Positions 1 to 9,636 are shown, counted from the stretch's first letter. The stretch is 64,000 bases of DNA from an archaeon (GCA_043806035.1 JAZDHK010000028.1:1-64000); one strand, 5' to 3'. Notes: generated by a model from the sequence alone, not told the origin. Numbers and translations are program-made.

Positions 1-181
1 CCTTTCTTGATCACGCCTGATATCTACACCTCGACAGAACGTGTGGATATGCCCGATCGGCAGCGAGATCAAAAAGGCCACACCTCCACCACAAAAGACA
101 GAGCGCTCAACCACCACACAACCCTACGGAGATACTGACAAAATAGTAACCTATTTAAATGGACTCTTTTTCCCGAAGGGT

Positions 182-706
182 ATGGCAAAATTGAGGAAAG
201 GCAGGTCATACACGAATTTGGAACGGCCGTACACGAGAAAAAGCAAGTACAAGAAGAAATCATTCGTGAGGAGCATGCCCGTCTGCAAAGTCACAAAATT
301 TGTTTCTGGCAACGCCAAGAAGAATTTTGAATACACGCTCCTCCTGCACTGCAGCAAGGACATCCAGCTCAGACATAACGCCCTAGAATCAGCTAGACAG
401 AGCTCGAACAGGCTGCTCGAGAAGAAACTGGGAACGAACGAATTCTTTTCCAGAGTCAGAGTCTACCCACACCATGCGTTGCGAGAAAATCCGCTGGCAT
501 CAGGCGCTGGGGCCGACCGTATGAGTACAGGAATGTCGAAGGCGTTCGGCAAAGTCATCGGCATCGCCGCACAAGTCAAGAAAGGACAGCCCGTCTTCGA
601 AGTGCAGGTGAACACCGCAAACCTGGAAACGGCAAAGCTGGCGCTCACGCGCGCAAAGAACAAGCTGCCCTGTGATTTCACCATTTCTATGACGAAGAAT
701 GCCTAA
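182..706 (+). CDS. rpl10e: 50S ribosomal protein uL16 (L10e)
   Basis: RPYTRK, QLRHNALESARQ, RVYPHHALREN..GAGADRMSTGM..AFGK signatures; ATG at 182 with TATTTAAA upstream. Confidence 0.96.
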   Translation: MAKLRKGRSYTNLERPYTRKSKYKKKSFVRSMPVCKVTKFVSGNAKKNFEYTLLLHCSKDIQLRHNALESARQSSNRLLEKKLGTNEFFSRVRVYPHHALRENPLASGAGADRMSTGMSKAFGKVIGIAAQVKKGQPVFEVQVNTANLETAKLALTRAKNKLPCDFTISMTKNA

Positions 707-1566
707 TGTTTCTCCTGCTTTTTTTCTAGAGTTACGAGCAGAACACCTCCTATGATGAGCAGGCCTCCAAGTATTGCCATGAGTGACGGCAGTTCTTTGA
801 AGAAGAGTATGGCAAACACCACAGGAAAGAGAATATCAAGAAGGATGAGCACTCCTGCTTTCTGCCCAGAGAGTTTTTCCAGGCTCTTGAAGATGAGAAT
901 GAATGGCAAGGCCGTGCAGACAACGCCGAGAATGAGCAACAAGCCAATGTCTGCCGTCTTGAACTGGAGAGGGATGAAGAGCAGGAAGGGAAGCAAGAAA
1001 GGCAGCGCAATCAGATTCTGCCAGAATGTCAGAGAAACTTTATCATACGTCTTGAATTGCTTGCTCGCAACGTACACCCAGCCAAAGCCGACACCAGCAA
1101 GCAATCCGGCGACTGAACCAAGCACGTTGTTGAATGAGAACATCTGGGAAGGGTCGAGGACAAGTACCACTCCAGCCAGTGCAATGCAGAGCGCAGTAAT
1201 AGTTCTTGCCGTCAGCTTTTCCTTGAGCAGCAGCCAGGAGAACACCACCATCCAGATCGATGCAGAGTAGAGCAGCAGTACTGCATTGGCTATGCTCAAA
1301 TGCTGGATGGCGAGGAAGTAGCCGAGGATGATGAAACCATGCACCGCTCCAAAAAGCAACAACCGTCCACGCTCCTCCTTGAATGGAGCGAAAGTTTGCC
1401 GTGCCAAAAGGAAAAAAGCACCCAATGCAAGGGCAGTGATGAGTATGCGAAAGAATGCCAGACTGAACGAGCCTATGCCACTGCCAAAACGCACGACAAT
1501 GGGAATGAATCCAAAAAGAAGCTGCGCAATCAAGAATTGCATGAGCGCAGATGTTTCAGTCTTCAT
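703..1566 (-). CDS. EamA/DMT family transporter
   Basis: About 10 TM segments in two EamA repeats (LSIANAVLLLYSASIW..LLKEKL; LDILFPVVFAILFFKE); start moved to MKTETS. Confidence 0.88.
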   Translation of the reverse strand: MKTETSALMQFLIAQLLFGFIPIVVRFGSGIGSFSLAFFRILITALALGAFFLLARQTFAPFKEERGRLLLFGAVHGFIILGYFLAIQHLSIANAVLLLYSASIWMVVFSWLLLKEKLTARTITALCIALAGVVLVLDPSQMFSFNNVLGSVAGLLAGVGFGWVYVASKQFKTYDKVSLTFWQNLIALPFLLPFLLFIPLQFKTADIGLLLILGVVCTALPFILIFKSLEKLSGQKAGVLILLDILFPVVFAILFFKELPSLMAILGGLLIIGGVLLVTLEKKQEKH

Positions 1567-1699
1567 TACAAACTCCCTACTTTTCGCATTTAAAAATATT
1601 CCCTCTCGATTAAATAGTTGCTGCATGCTCGAGAAAGCGCTTGTTCTCTCAGGAATACCACAACACATATAAACAACAGGTCGGGAATACGTATCCCGT

Positions 1700-3283
1700 A
1701 TGAAATTCATTTTTGTTACGGGCGGCGTTCTTTCAGGGATTGGCAAGGGCATAGCGACGGCAAGCATGGGCAAGCTTCTGGCAGACAATTATCGCGTCCT
1801 TCCCATAAAGTGTGATGGCTACCTGAACGTTGATCCCGGCACCATGAATCCTACTGAGCACGGCGAAGTCTTTGTCTTGGATGATGGCGGTGAAGTGGAC
1901 ATGGACTTCGGCCATTACGAACGCTTTCTGAATATTGCCTGCAAGTTCGACTGGAACCTCACCATGGGAAAAGTCTATGAGCAGGTCAGGATCAAAGAAA
2001 GAAGAGGAGACTACCTCGGCAGAACTGTTCAGTTAATTCCGCACGTCACAAACACCATAAAGGATTGGTGGAAGGGCCTTGCAGAAAGAGAACAAGCAGA
2101 TATCGTCCTCATCGAGATAGGCGGGACGGTGGGGGACATTGAGAATGAGCTGTACATCGAAGCGGCAAGACAACTCCATCAGGAACGCAAGCAAGACACG
2201 CTTTTCGCCCACCTCTCCTACATCCCCATCCCGGGAGGAGTCAAAGAGCAGAAGACAAAACCAACGCAGCAAAGCGCGGCAATGCTTCGAGAACGAGGCA
2301 TCATCCCTGATATAATCATTGCTAGGTGCTGTGAAGAACTAACAGAACAGGCCAAGGAAAGAATAGCGCTGTTCTGCAACCTCGACAAGAAGGACATCAT
2401 CAGCGATATAGACAACAACAACGTCGCCATCCTTCCTCTAAGTTTTCACGAGCAAGGCCTGACAAGCATACTTGAGAGCAAACTTGGGCTGAAACTCAAG
2501 CCTGATTTTGAGCAGTGGAAGAAACTCCTCAATAATTTCGACCATCCAGACAAAAACATAACTATTGCCATCTGCGGCAAGTATACACGGTTAGAGGACA
2601 GCTATGCGAGCATCAACGAAGCATTGAAGCACTGCAGAGCCCATTTCGGGACAAACATCAAGGTCAAATGGATAGACACGACAAACCTCAACGATGCCGA
2701 GCCTGCACTGCAAGGGATTGATGCTGTCATCGTTCCTGGCGGCTTTGGCTCGAGAGGCACGGAAGGCAAGATCAAGGTCATCGAACACTGCAGGACACAA
2801 GGAATCCCTTTCCTCGGCATCTGTTTTGGCATGCAGCTTGCAGTCATTGAATTTGCAAGGAACATCTGCAATCTTGTGAGCGCAAACAGCACAGAGATCA
2901 ATCCTGACACGCTCTATCCTGTCATCGACATCCTGCCAGAGCAAAAAACAGTAACCCTGAAAGGGGGCACGATGCGCCTTGGCAGCTATCCTGCCCTGCT
3001 CAAGCAAGGAAGTCTCGCATATTCGCTGTACGGCACAACTTCTGCAAGAGAGAGGCACAGGCATCGCTACGAGGTGAATCCTGACTATCATAAACTTCTT
3101 GAGGAGCACGGCCTTGTCTTTTCCGGCATGAGCCCTGATGGGAGGCTTGCGGAGTTTGTCGAGCTTCCCAGCCATCCGTACTACATCGGGACGCAAGGGC
3201 ATCCTGAACTAAAGAGTTCGCTACTGCACCCTGCTCCTTTGTTCTATGGGCTGGTGAGGGCGGCGCTGAAAAAACAGATATGA
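1700..3283 (+). CDS. pyrG: CTP synthase
   Basis: MKFIFVTGGVLSGIGKG, DGYLNVDPGTM, KTKPTQ, GICFGMQ, RHRHRYEVN, QGHPE. Confidence 0.98.
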   Translation: MKFIFVTGGVLSGIGKGIATASMGKLLADNYRVLPIKCDGYLNVDPGTMNPTEHGEVFVLDDGGEVDMDFGHYERFLNIACKFDWNLTMGKVYEQVRIKERRGDYLGRTVQLIPHVTNTIKDWWKGLAEREQADIVLIEIGGTVGDIENELYIEAARQLHQERKQDTLFAHLSYIPIPGGVKEQKTKPTQQSAAMLRERGIIPDIIIARCCEELTEQAKERIALFCNLDKKDIISDIDNNNVAILPLSFHEQGLTSILESKLGLKLKPDFEQWKKLLNNFDHPDKNITIAICGKYTRLEDSYASINEALKHCRAHFGTNIKVKWIDTTNLNDAEPALQGIDAVIVPGGFGSRGTEGKIKVIEHCRTQGIPFLGICFGMQLAVIEFARNICNLVSANSTEINPDTLYPVIDILPEQKTVTLKGGTMRLGSYPALLKQGSLAYSLYGTTSARERHRHRYEVNPDYHKLLEEHGLVFSGMSPDGRLAEFVELPSHPYYIGTQGHPELKSSLLHPAPLFYGLVRAALKKQI

Positions 3284-3344
3284 AATATTTTCGCTTTTTC
3301 GTTCATAAGACATAAGAAAACATAAGTTTTATATAGAATGATAA

Positions 3345-3376
3345 CTTTTTTACGTATGTATACGTACGTAAAAAAG
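3345..3376. promoter_or_regulatory. 32-bp near-perfect palindrome, probable antitoxin operator
   Basis: CTTTTTTACGTATGTA|TACGTACGTAAAAAAG (one mismatched pair) between the TATA-like TTTTATATA and the GGTGA RBS of the antitoxin. Confidence 0.65.
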
Positions 3377-3384
3377 GTGACTCT

Positions 3385-3615
3385 ATGGTGTTGAAACAGA
3401 TAAGCGTGAACATGCCCGACCTGCTTTTTGAGGCGGCGAAAGAACATTCAGAGAAGTTCGGTTATAGGAACGTGCAGGAACTTATTCTCGAGACATTACG
3501 TCAACGAGTCATTCAAGAGAAAGACTACGCTCAAATCGAGACGCGCATGAAGAAAGGCAAAGGAGTTAAACGATTCAACCAACAGGATGCTCTAGCGCAC
3601 GTAAGAGGACTATGA
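3385..3615 (+). CDS. Ribbon-helix-helix antitoxin
   Basis: KQISVNMPDLLFEAAK..GYRNVQELILETLR RHH pattern; ATGA overlap with a RelE-like gene. Confidence 0.75.
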   Translation: MVLKQISVNMPDLLFEAAKEHSEKFGYRNVQELILETLRQRVIQEKDYAQIETRMKKGKGVKRFNQQDALAHVRGL

Positions 3616-3872
3616 TGTATGTCATTGAGTTCAGCAAGGAATTCGAGAAGGCAATGCGGAAACTCAAGAAGAAGAGCCCCGTATTGCATGAACAGATCAA
3701 GAAGAAGCTTGTCGAACTCATTACGCATCCAGACCACTACACGCCATTGAGCAATGTTCTTTCTGGATTCCAAAGAATCCATTTCGGAAGCCACGTCCTC
3801 ATTTTCAGAGTAGAGAAAGATATCGTCAGAATAATAACGTTAGACCATCACAACAACGCGTACAAAGAATAA
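3612..3872 (+). CDS. RelE/ParE-family toxin
   Basis: YVIEFSKEFEK..L..L.GFQRIHFGSHVLIFRVE..IITLDHH, 86 aa. Confidence 0.82.
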   Translation: MMYVIEFSKEFEKAMRKLKKKSPVLHEQIKKKLVELITHPDHYTPLSNVLSGFQRIHFGSHVLIFRVEKDIVRIITLDHHNNAYKE

Positions 3873-3886
3873 GAAAAAAAAGAAAT

Positions 3887-4399
3887 TTATACTGCTCGTG
3901 CCCGGATAGAGCCAACAAGTGTGTGTTCCTGCCCTGACAACGCATCTATATACAAAAGGGTCATGTCTGCCGAGAATCTTCCCTTGACAGGCTCTCCACT
4001 GCTATCACACCTGACACGGATGTTCACCTTGTCCTGGTCATCCACAAGCACTGAATTGAAATTGACGAATGCACTTCCATCGAATGTCGAATAGGCATCT
4101 GCCAGCGTTGTTGCACAGACAAAGCCATCCAGCGGTGTGAGGGTTATCGCTGTTATGTTTATTCTGCCGCCGACACTGTTCATCAGCGTAACGTCTATGG
4201 TCCCTCTTCCCGCTGTTCCCGCAACGACTGACGCACGGTCTATATTCCCCAGAGGAGCGGGGAACACTGTTCTGTCCATGAGGATATCTTGGGGATTGAG
4301 CACGCCGAAGTATGAAAGCGCTGCAAACGCTGCGAGCATGATGACGATTGCCACGCCGTACGTCATCAGGAATTCCATCGCAGCTTGGCCCTTCATCAT
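3887..4399 (-). CDS. Type IV pilin-like protein (class III signal peptide), paralog 2
   Basis: MKG|QAAMEFLMTYG plus hydrophobic stretch; paralog of 4441..4956. Confidence 0.85.
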   Translation of the reverse strand: MMKGQAAMEFLMTYGVAIVIMLAAFAALSYFGVLNPQDILMDRTVFPAPLGNIDRASVVAGTAGRGTIDVTLMNSVGGRINITAITLTPLDGFVCATTLADAYSTFDGSAFVNFNSVLVDDQDKVNIRVRCDSSGEPVKGRFSADMTLLYIDALSGQEHTLVGSIRARAV

Positions 4400-4440
4400 G
4401 ATTCACCAGAAGGAAAAAGAAAAAAAAAGACTAAAAGAAT

Positions 4441-4956
4441 TTATACTGCTCGTCCCGTTATGGAACCCGTCGTAGTGTGCGCCTGGCCTGAGAACATGTC
4501 CGTGTAGTCAACAGCCACATCAGCCGAGAATTTTCCTGACGGAATTGCTGTGCAGTTGAACTGCAATGTGATGAAGTCACCATTGTTTGCAGTCCTTCCA
4601 TCCGCAGGAACAAAATCAGCAAGTGCTCCTGACGCAGTTGCACCAGTTCTTATTTGAGCAGCGATAGTGTTACATGCCGTGCCTGAGGTTCCATTGAGCA
4701 CCAATCTTGTAATATTAATCTGGTTGCCAACACTATTCGTCAAGGTAACGGTTACCGTGTTTGCCGCATCAGCTATCGATGCCTTGTCAATGTTCGCCAA
4801 CGGCGCGGGGAACGTTGTTCGTTCGGGAAGAAGTCTGTCTGGGCTTAGCACACCAAAGTATGCAAGTGCTGCGATTGCCGCGAGCACAACGATGATTGCC
4901 CAGCCATACGTCATCAGGAATTCCATGGCTGCTTGGCCTTTCTTCATATACTTCAC
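4441..4956 (-). CDS. Type IV pilin-like protein (class III signal peptide), probable major pilin
   Basis: KKG|QAAMEFLMTYGWAIIVVLAAIAALAYFGVLSP; GAGGTG RBS-like motif and TATA upstream. Confidence 0.88.
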   Translation of the reverse strand: MKYMKKGQAAMEFLMTYGWAIIVVLAAIAALAYFGVLSPDRLLPERTTFPAPLANIDKASIADAANTVTVTLTNSVGNQINITRLVLNGTSGTACNTIAAQIRTGATASGALADFVPADGRTANNGDFITLQFNCTAIPSGKFSADVAVDYTDMFSGQAHTTTGSITGRAV

Positions 4957-5105
4957 CTCGTTTTCTTTACGATTAATTGCTTTTTAGTCATTCTTGCATG
5001 AACTCATATATAAAGATTGTCATTATCTACTATTTCCGTATACTGGTGTGGCTAATGTGGTTAATCAGTTACTAGCCACATAAAACTACTTGAAAGGAAA
5101 GACAG

Positions 5106-5393
5106 TCAGGGAAACGAACGCTCAAGCTGCTCAGCAAGATTAACATAGTCCTTATCCCTATCAAGGATACACACGAGTTTCACTGCATTCTTCTGAACAA
5201 AGTATATGAGCCGTTTTGATGTATGGTTATCAGAAAATCGTATCCTGAACAGAAAACGATATCCGTGCAATTTCTTGAATCTGAACGGGTTCTTGCGCAA
5301 TAGAGAAATTTTCTGATTAAGTACGTGTCGTGCATCAGCACTGAGTTTGTCAATCTGTTTGAGGAATAGCCTACTCGGCACGATATCGAACAT
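5106..5393 (-). CDS. RelE/ParE-family toxin
   Basis: FLKQIDKL..KISLLRKNPFRFKKLHG..FRIRF..RLIY..ILDR. Confidence 0.8.
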   Translation of the reverse strand: MFDIVPSRLFLKQIDKLSADARHVLNQKISLLRKNPFRFKKLHGYRFLFRIRFSDNHTSKRLIYFVQKNAVKLVCILDRDKDYVNLAEQLERSFP

Positions 5394-5402
5394 GCCATGT
5401 AT

Positions 5403-5642
5403 TTACTGACGTAGTTTCTTAAACAATTCCTCTTCAGTTCCGTAAAGATTTCGCTCTTCAGAAAGTTTGATTATTCTCTTCACCATCGCTAATTCTTTTT
5501 TTGTAAGCTCTTCTTCGAATAGTTTTTCTCTAACTGCCTCCTTGATGAACTCCTGGATACTGCCATATCCCTGTTTCTGCGCACGCTCTTTAGCCAGAAC
5601 AAGCAAGTTCTGAGGAAGCCGCACATTGACCTGCGCATTCAT
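5403..5642 (-). CDS. Ribbon-helix-helix antitoxin
   Basis: QVNVRLPQNLL..GYGSIQEFIKEAVREK; similar to 3385..3615; directly upstream of the toxin. Confidence 0.75.
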   Translation of the reverse strand: MNAQVNVRLPQNLLVLAKERAQKQGYGSIQEFIKEAVREKLFEEELTKKELAMVKRIIKLSEERNLYGTEEELFKKLRQ

Positions 5643-5695
5643 GCAAGCAATAGATACCAATAGATATTAATAGTTTTCGGTTGTCACAGAGAAAA

Positions 5696-7132
5696 TTATA
5701 GCAAGCTGCCCATCATCGTCCCAAAAATGCCGAGCGTCGTATAATAAATGGCAATCGTCACTAAATACATCACGGGAATGTATGGCAGCATCCGACGAGC
5801 AGATCCGTAACGAATAGTGCCGATAATCGCCATGCTGAACGCAGTGGTCACGAAAAGCACGGTCAGGCTGAACAGCTTGAAATCAGCGACTTTGACGGCA
5901 TCGGGAACGAGTGAGAACATCATCTGCGCATTGCTCAAGCTTTCCACACTGATGTTGCCCATCACCGACTTAATGACAATGATGAGCTGCGTGCTCAGTC
6001 CGAGCATGAACGGGGCAGCGATGATGCTCGCAAAGCCGATGAAGATGACATAGCTCATGATGTTTGCAGCCATCTCCTTCTGCATGATGCGCGTCTCCTG
6101 AATGTCAATGGAAATCTTGTTCAGCAGGTCCGCCATCTCACCGCCTGCACTGATGCCTTCGAGCAAAAGATTGATGCTCCTCTTGAGCGTCTTCGAATCA
6201 TACTTTTGAGAAAAACGACTCAGCGCAGCCCCCAAATCTTCGCCCGTCATGGTGGATTTTGCAACATCCTCTATCTCCTTTGCAAGAATGCCGAAACGAG
6301 GACGGACGGCAAACCACAACGCCCTGTCGATAGTCATGCCTGAACTGATATTTGCGGCGGCAAGCTGCAAGAAATCAGGCAGCACTGCCTCTATCTCCTG
6401 CGTCCGCTGATAGATGCGCAAGTCGACCATGACAAAAAAGCCAAGCCAGATCAGCCCGAGGATGAGCACGAATACAGCAGTCCAAATGCCACCCAGAAAA
6501 AGAAAGATACTCCTAAAATCAGTATTCCGAACGGCAGCATAGACAATAATGACGCCTGAGATGCTAAGACAGACAAAAATGCTGATCTTGAAGATAAGCA
6601 CGCTCAGGTTCTTCATGCTCAGCTGCCCAAGTCCTGCCTTCTCCAGGAAAGACAAGAGTGTTGCCCTTCTAATCATTCTTGCCTCTTCCTTCCGCATACG
6701 CCGCTCATCGGCAGTAATGACCTTGGCGTCACTGCCAGGCTGCATCAGCTTCCGCTGGCGGATCTTCTGGATAAGTAGCATGATATCGACAAAGGCATAT
6801 AGTGCAATCCAACAAAGAACGTAAATGAACAGCAGGACAACCGTCCACACGCCAGCAAGGAAAAGCAGCACTTGAATGACATCGTTGCCGTAGACGGAAG
6901 CATACGCAAGTACGCCCAATGTCAACGCAAGGCAGATGTATACTGCAATCTTGAACAGGAGCATGCTCAAATTCCCGCGCTTAGGAAAGTTTATGCCTGC
7001 ACTTTTGACGTACTTATCTAGAATTCCTTTCGTCCGCATATCGCTAAAAAGCGTACTGAATTGCCTAGTGATGCTCAACCGCTCAGCTCGGCGCTCGCCC
7101 GCCAGCTTCCTCTCAATATCTTCCTCACCCAT
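5696..7132 (-). CDS. Type II secretion system F family (TadC-like) platform protein with duplicated N-terminal module
   Basis: IEAVLPDFLQLAAANISSGMTIDRAL..FGILAKEI..GGEMADLL; several TMs. Confidence 0.9.
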   Translation of the reverse strand: MGEEDIERKLAGERRAERLSITRQFSTLFSDMRTKGILDKYVKSAGINFPKRGNLSMLLFKIAVYICLALTLGVLAYASVYGNDVIQVLLFLAGVWTVVLLFIYVLCWIALYAFVDIMLLIQKIRQRKLMQPGSDAKVITADERRMRKEEARMIRRATLLSFLEKAGLGQLSMKNLSVLIFKISIFVCLSISGVIIVYAAVRNTDFRSIFLFLGGIWTAVFVLILGLIWLGFFVMVDLRIYQRTQEIEAVLPDFLQLAAANISSGMTIDRALWFAVRPRFGILAKEIEDVAKSTMTGEDLGAALSRFSQKYDSKTLKRSINLLLEGISAGGEMADLLNKISIDIQETRIMQKEMAANIMSYVIFIGFASIIAAPFMLGLSTQLIIVIKSVMGNISVESLSNAQMMFSLVPDAVKVADFKLFSLTVLFVTTAFSMAIIGTIRYGSARRMLPYIPVMYLVTIAIYYTTLGIFGTMMGSLL

Positions 7133-7139
7133 GCTGTCC

Positions 7140-7934
7140 TCATATGCCTATTGGTGGCCGTTGTGACCGTATGACTGCCAAAAACATGAATTGGATGAAT
7201 GCAATGCCTCCCGCAATGGAGAGCAGGACAACCAACTGCAGCTTGATGCCTATGAACGTCGACATGATAACTAGCATGGTCATGCCCAAGCTTGGGACGA
7301 TGATGGCTGCCATCATGTAGAACATGGCAAGAGGGCTAAGCTTCCTGCCATACTCCTGCACGGTAATCTGCTGTTCCCGCACCATCTGGTTAATGGCGAC
7401 GTTCAGGGAACGTGCAATATCGCTTCCCGTCCGCAAGCTGTTAAGCACTTGCCAGAGAATCTTCCTCAAATTTGCAGACGGGCAAATATCAATCGATTCA
7501 TTCAGCGCATCCTCCAAACCAGTTCCCATCTCCACCTTCTCGATAATCTCCCCAAAATACCTGCCAATAACGCGATAATTCCTGCTGATGTTCAAGAACG
7601 CAGTATAAATGGGAACGCCAGACTCAACTTCAATGATGAGAAACCTCCCTGCAAAGATGATTTCCTCATTAATCTGCTTCTCAATCTTGAGCACTTTAAG
7701 GTCAGTATAGCGCAAAAAGTAGAAGAACGCTATCACGAAGACGAAGGGTAATGCCAGGATGAGCCAGGGCGTCTTGAAGAACGCAAAGAGGAAAAAGAAC
7801 AGACCTATCGTTATGTAGAACGCCAACATCACCGTCTTTTTGATATACTGCTCAGGTGATTCGAGCATGTGTGCCTGGAGCAGTTTCAGCTTCAAACCAG
7901 GAATTCGCTTTGCAATATTCTCGTAAATCAGCAC
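7140..7934 (-). CDS. Type II secretion system F family (TadB/TadC-like) protein
   Basis: ESGVPIYTAF..GTGLEDAL..PSANLRKILWQVLNSLRTGSDI; TMs. Confidence 0.88.
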   Translation of the reverse strand: MLIYENIAKRIPGLKLKLLQAHMLESPEQYIKKTVMLAFYITIGLFFFLFAFFKTPWLILALPFVFVIAFFYFLRYTDLKVLKIEKQINEEIIFAGRFLIIEVESGVPIYTAFLNISRNYRVIGRYFGEIIEKVEMGTGLEDALNESIDICPSANLRKILWQVLNSLRTGSDIARSLNVAINQMVREQQITVQEYGRKLSPLAMFYMMAAIIVPSLGMTMLVIMSTFIGIKLQLVVLLSIAGGIAFIQFMFLAVIRSQRPPIGI

Positions 7935-7947
7935 GTCGCACCCTCTA

Positions 7948-9603
7948 CTAATCCAACTTCTTCCCCGCCCGTATGACTTTCATGAGATTGTCCTTGTTCG
8001 TGTAATACTCTGCCATGACCCTGCCGACACGGTCAATGTCCTCAATATTGAACTTGACCAAATACCTCAACACAATCTCTTTCTCCTTGAGATTTCTCTT
8101 AATTTCCGCATCAGTGTAGCCTGTGTACAGCTTCAGGTTCTGCACGAGTGACTTCGAGGCTGCCTTCTTCACCAGCACGTCCTTCTTCGTGTCATACTGC
8201 ATGAGCACATTCACGGTCGCATCAGCAAGTATCTCCGCTATCTGGAACGTTCTTCTCGTTCCTGTCCTCCTGTTCCTGAACTGCACCACGATGAGCGAGA
8301 TTGCCGGCAGCATGAGCTTGGGCACCTCAATGGGTGGATTAGTCAGCCTGTCAACCGTCTCCTGTGCATTGTTTGCGTGGAAGGTAGCATACACGCTATG
8401 TCCTGTGTGGATCGCCTCGAAGAGCGTTTCTGATTCTTCCTTACGTCGCACCTCTCCCACAAGGATCCTGTCAGGCCGCATCCTCAGGCTGTTCACGAGC
8501 AGATTCCCCATGGTCAGCGCTCCCTTTCCCTCGCTGTTCGGAAGTCTCGTGTTCATGGGAACCCAGTGCAGGAATTTTGGCAGCTGAATCTCTCGCGTGT
8601 CCTCTATAGTGATGATCCTCTGGTTGGGAGGGAAGAAGCTGGCAAGGCAGTTCAGCGCAGAGGTCTTCCCTGAAGCAGTTCCTCCTGCAATGATGGCAGA
8701 CATCTCATACTGCATCGCCATCCAGATGAGCGCTGCCGCCTCTACGGACATCGTCCTTGCATTCAGGAACTTCGTTATCGTCCACGGATCCTTGGAGAAT
8801 TTTCTGATGGTTATCGTGTTTCCTCTTGTTGAAATGGGCATGAGCGTGGCATTTGCCCTGTCTCCCTCTTTCAAGTGTGCATCAAGGAGAGGCTCTAACA
8901 CGGTCAGTTGCCTACCTATTTTCCTGCCGATGGTTGTTGCATAATGTTGAGTGTCCTCTTCATTGTTGAGGAAAACATTCGTCTTGAGCCATCCGTGCTT
9001 TTTGTGGTACACCCAGATGGGCTCTTCAGCGCTATTAACACAAATCTCCTCAAGCAGCTCATCGCTCATGAGCAGCTCAATATTGCCCAGGCCTAGACTC
9101 TTTGCAATGAGGTAGCTGATGAGAAATCCTTTCGTCTCCTGATCAACATCGGGAAAGTACTTGCCGACGAGCACCCCAATAGTCTCCCTGAACTTATCCT
9201 CGATGATCGTCGCTTTTTTCTCATTGGTTATGTCAACCATGCCCAGATTGACTTCCCGAATGAGCTCTTTACGGATTTTTTCAAGAATAAACTCGGTTGT
9301 TGGAGAGATGCTTGCAATGCTCACCTCGTAAATGGGAACGAATTCTCCCCTTTTATCGTAAATGATGATGAGTATGGGTATGTTTCCTGAAAAGTAGTTG
9401 TACGAGTCCCGCCTTGCCGTCTCACCGTCCCGCTTGTCAGCATCAGCCAATGACGTGTCTGCCCTTTTTGCTTTCTTCCCTGGCTGTATGGGGGGCAGTA
9501 TCTTAACAGAAACATCTGGCGTTACCTGCCCTTTTCCAGGAATTGCTGGCTTTGTCTTCTTGAAAAAACTTGCTCTATGATACACGCGTATGGTCTTCAC
9601 CAC
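7948..9603 (-). CDS. CpaF/TadA/VirB11-family pilus assembly ATPase
   Basis: Walker A GGTASGKT, TIEDTREI, LRMRPDRILVGEVR, HTGH..TFHA. Confidence 0.95.
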   Translation of the reverse strand: MVKTIRVYHRASFFKKTKPAIPGKGQVTPDVSVKILPPIQPGKKAKRADTSLADADKRDGETARRDSYNYFSGNIPILIIIYDKRGEFVPIYEVSIASISPTTEFILEKIRKELIREVNLGMVDITNEKKATIIEDKFRETIGVLVGKYFPDVDQETKGFLISYLIAKSLGLGNIELLMSDELLEEICVNSAEEPIWVYHKKHGWLKTNVFLNNEEDTQHYATTIGRKIGRQLTVLEPLLDAHLKEGDRANATLMPISTRGNTITIRKFSKDPWTITKFLNARTMSVEAAALIWMAMQYEMSAIIAGGTASGKTSALNCLASFFPPNQRIITIEDTREIQLPKFLHWVPMNTRLPNSEGKGALTMGNLLVNSLRMRPDRILVGEVRRKEESETLFEAIHTGHSVYATFHANNAQETVDRLTNPPIEVPKLMLPAISLIVVQFRNRRTGTRRTFQIAEILADATVNVLMQYDTKKDVLVKKAASKSLVQNLKLYTGYTDAEIKRNLKEKEIVLRYLVKFNIEDIDRVGRVMAEYYTNKDNLMKVIRAGKKLD

Positions 9604-9636
9604 ACCTCACCCCTTTTGCTTCCAACCTCTGTTGGA

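Noticed and set aside
1567-1788. N-terminal extension of the EamA ORF overlapping pyrG
   Set aside because: Overlaps the divergent pyrG start; a better RBS and ATG exist at 1566
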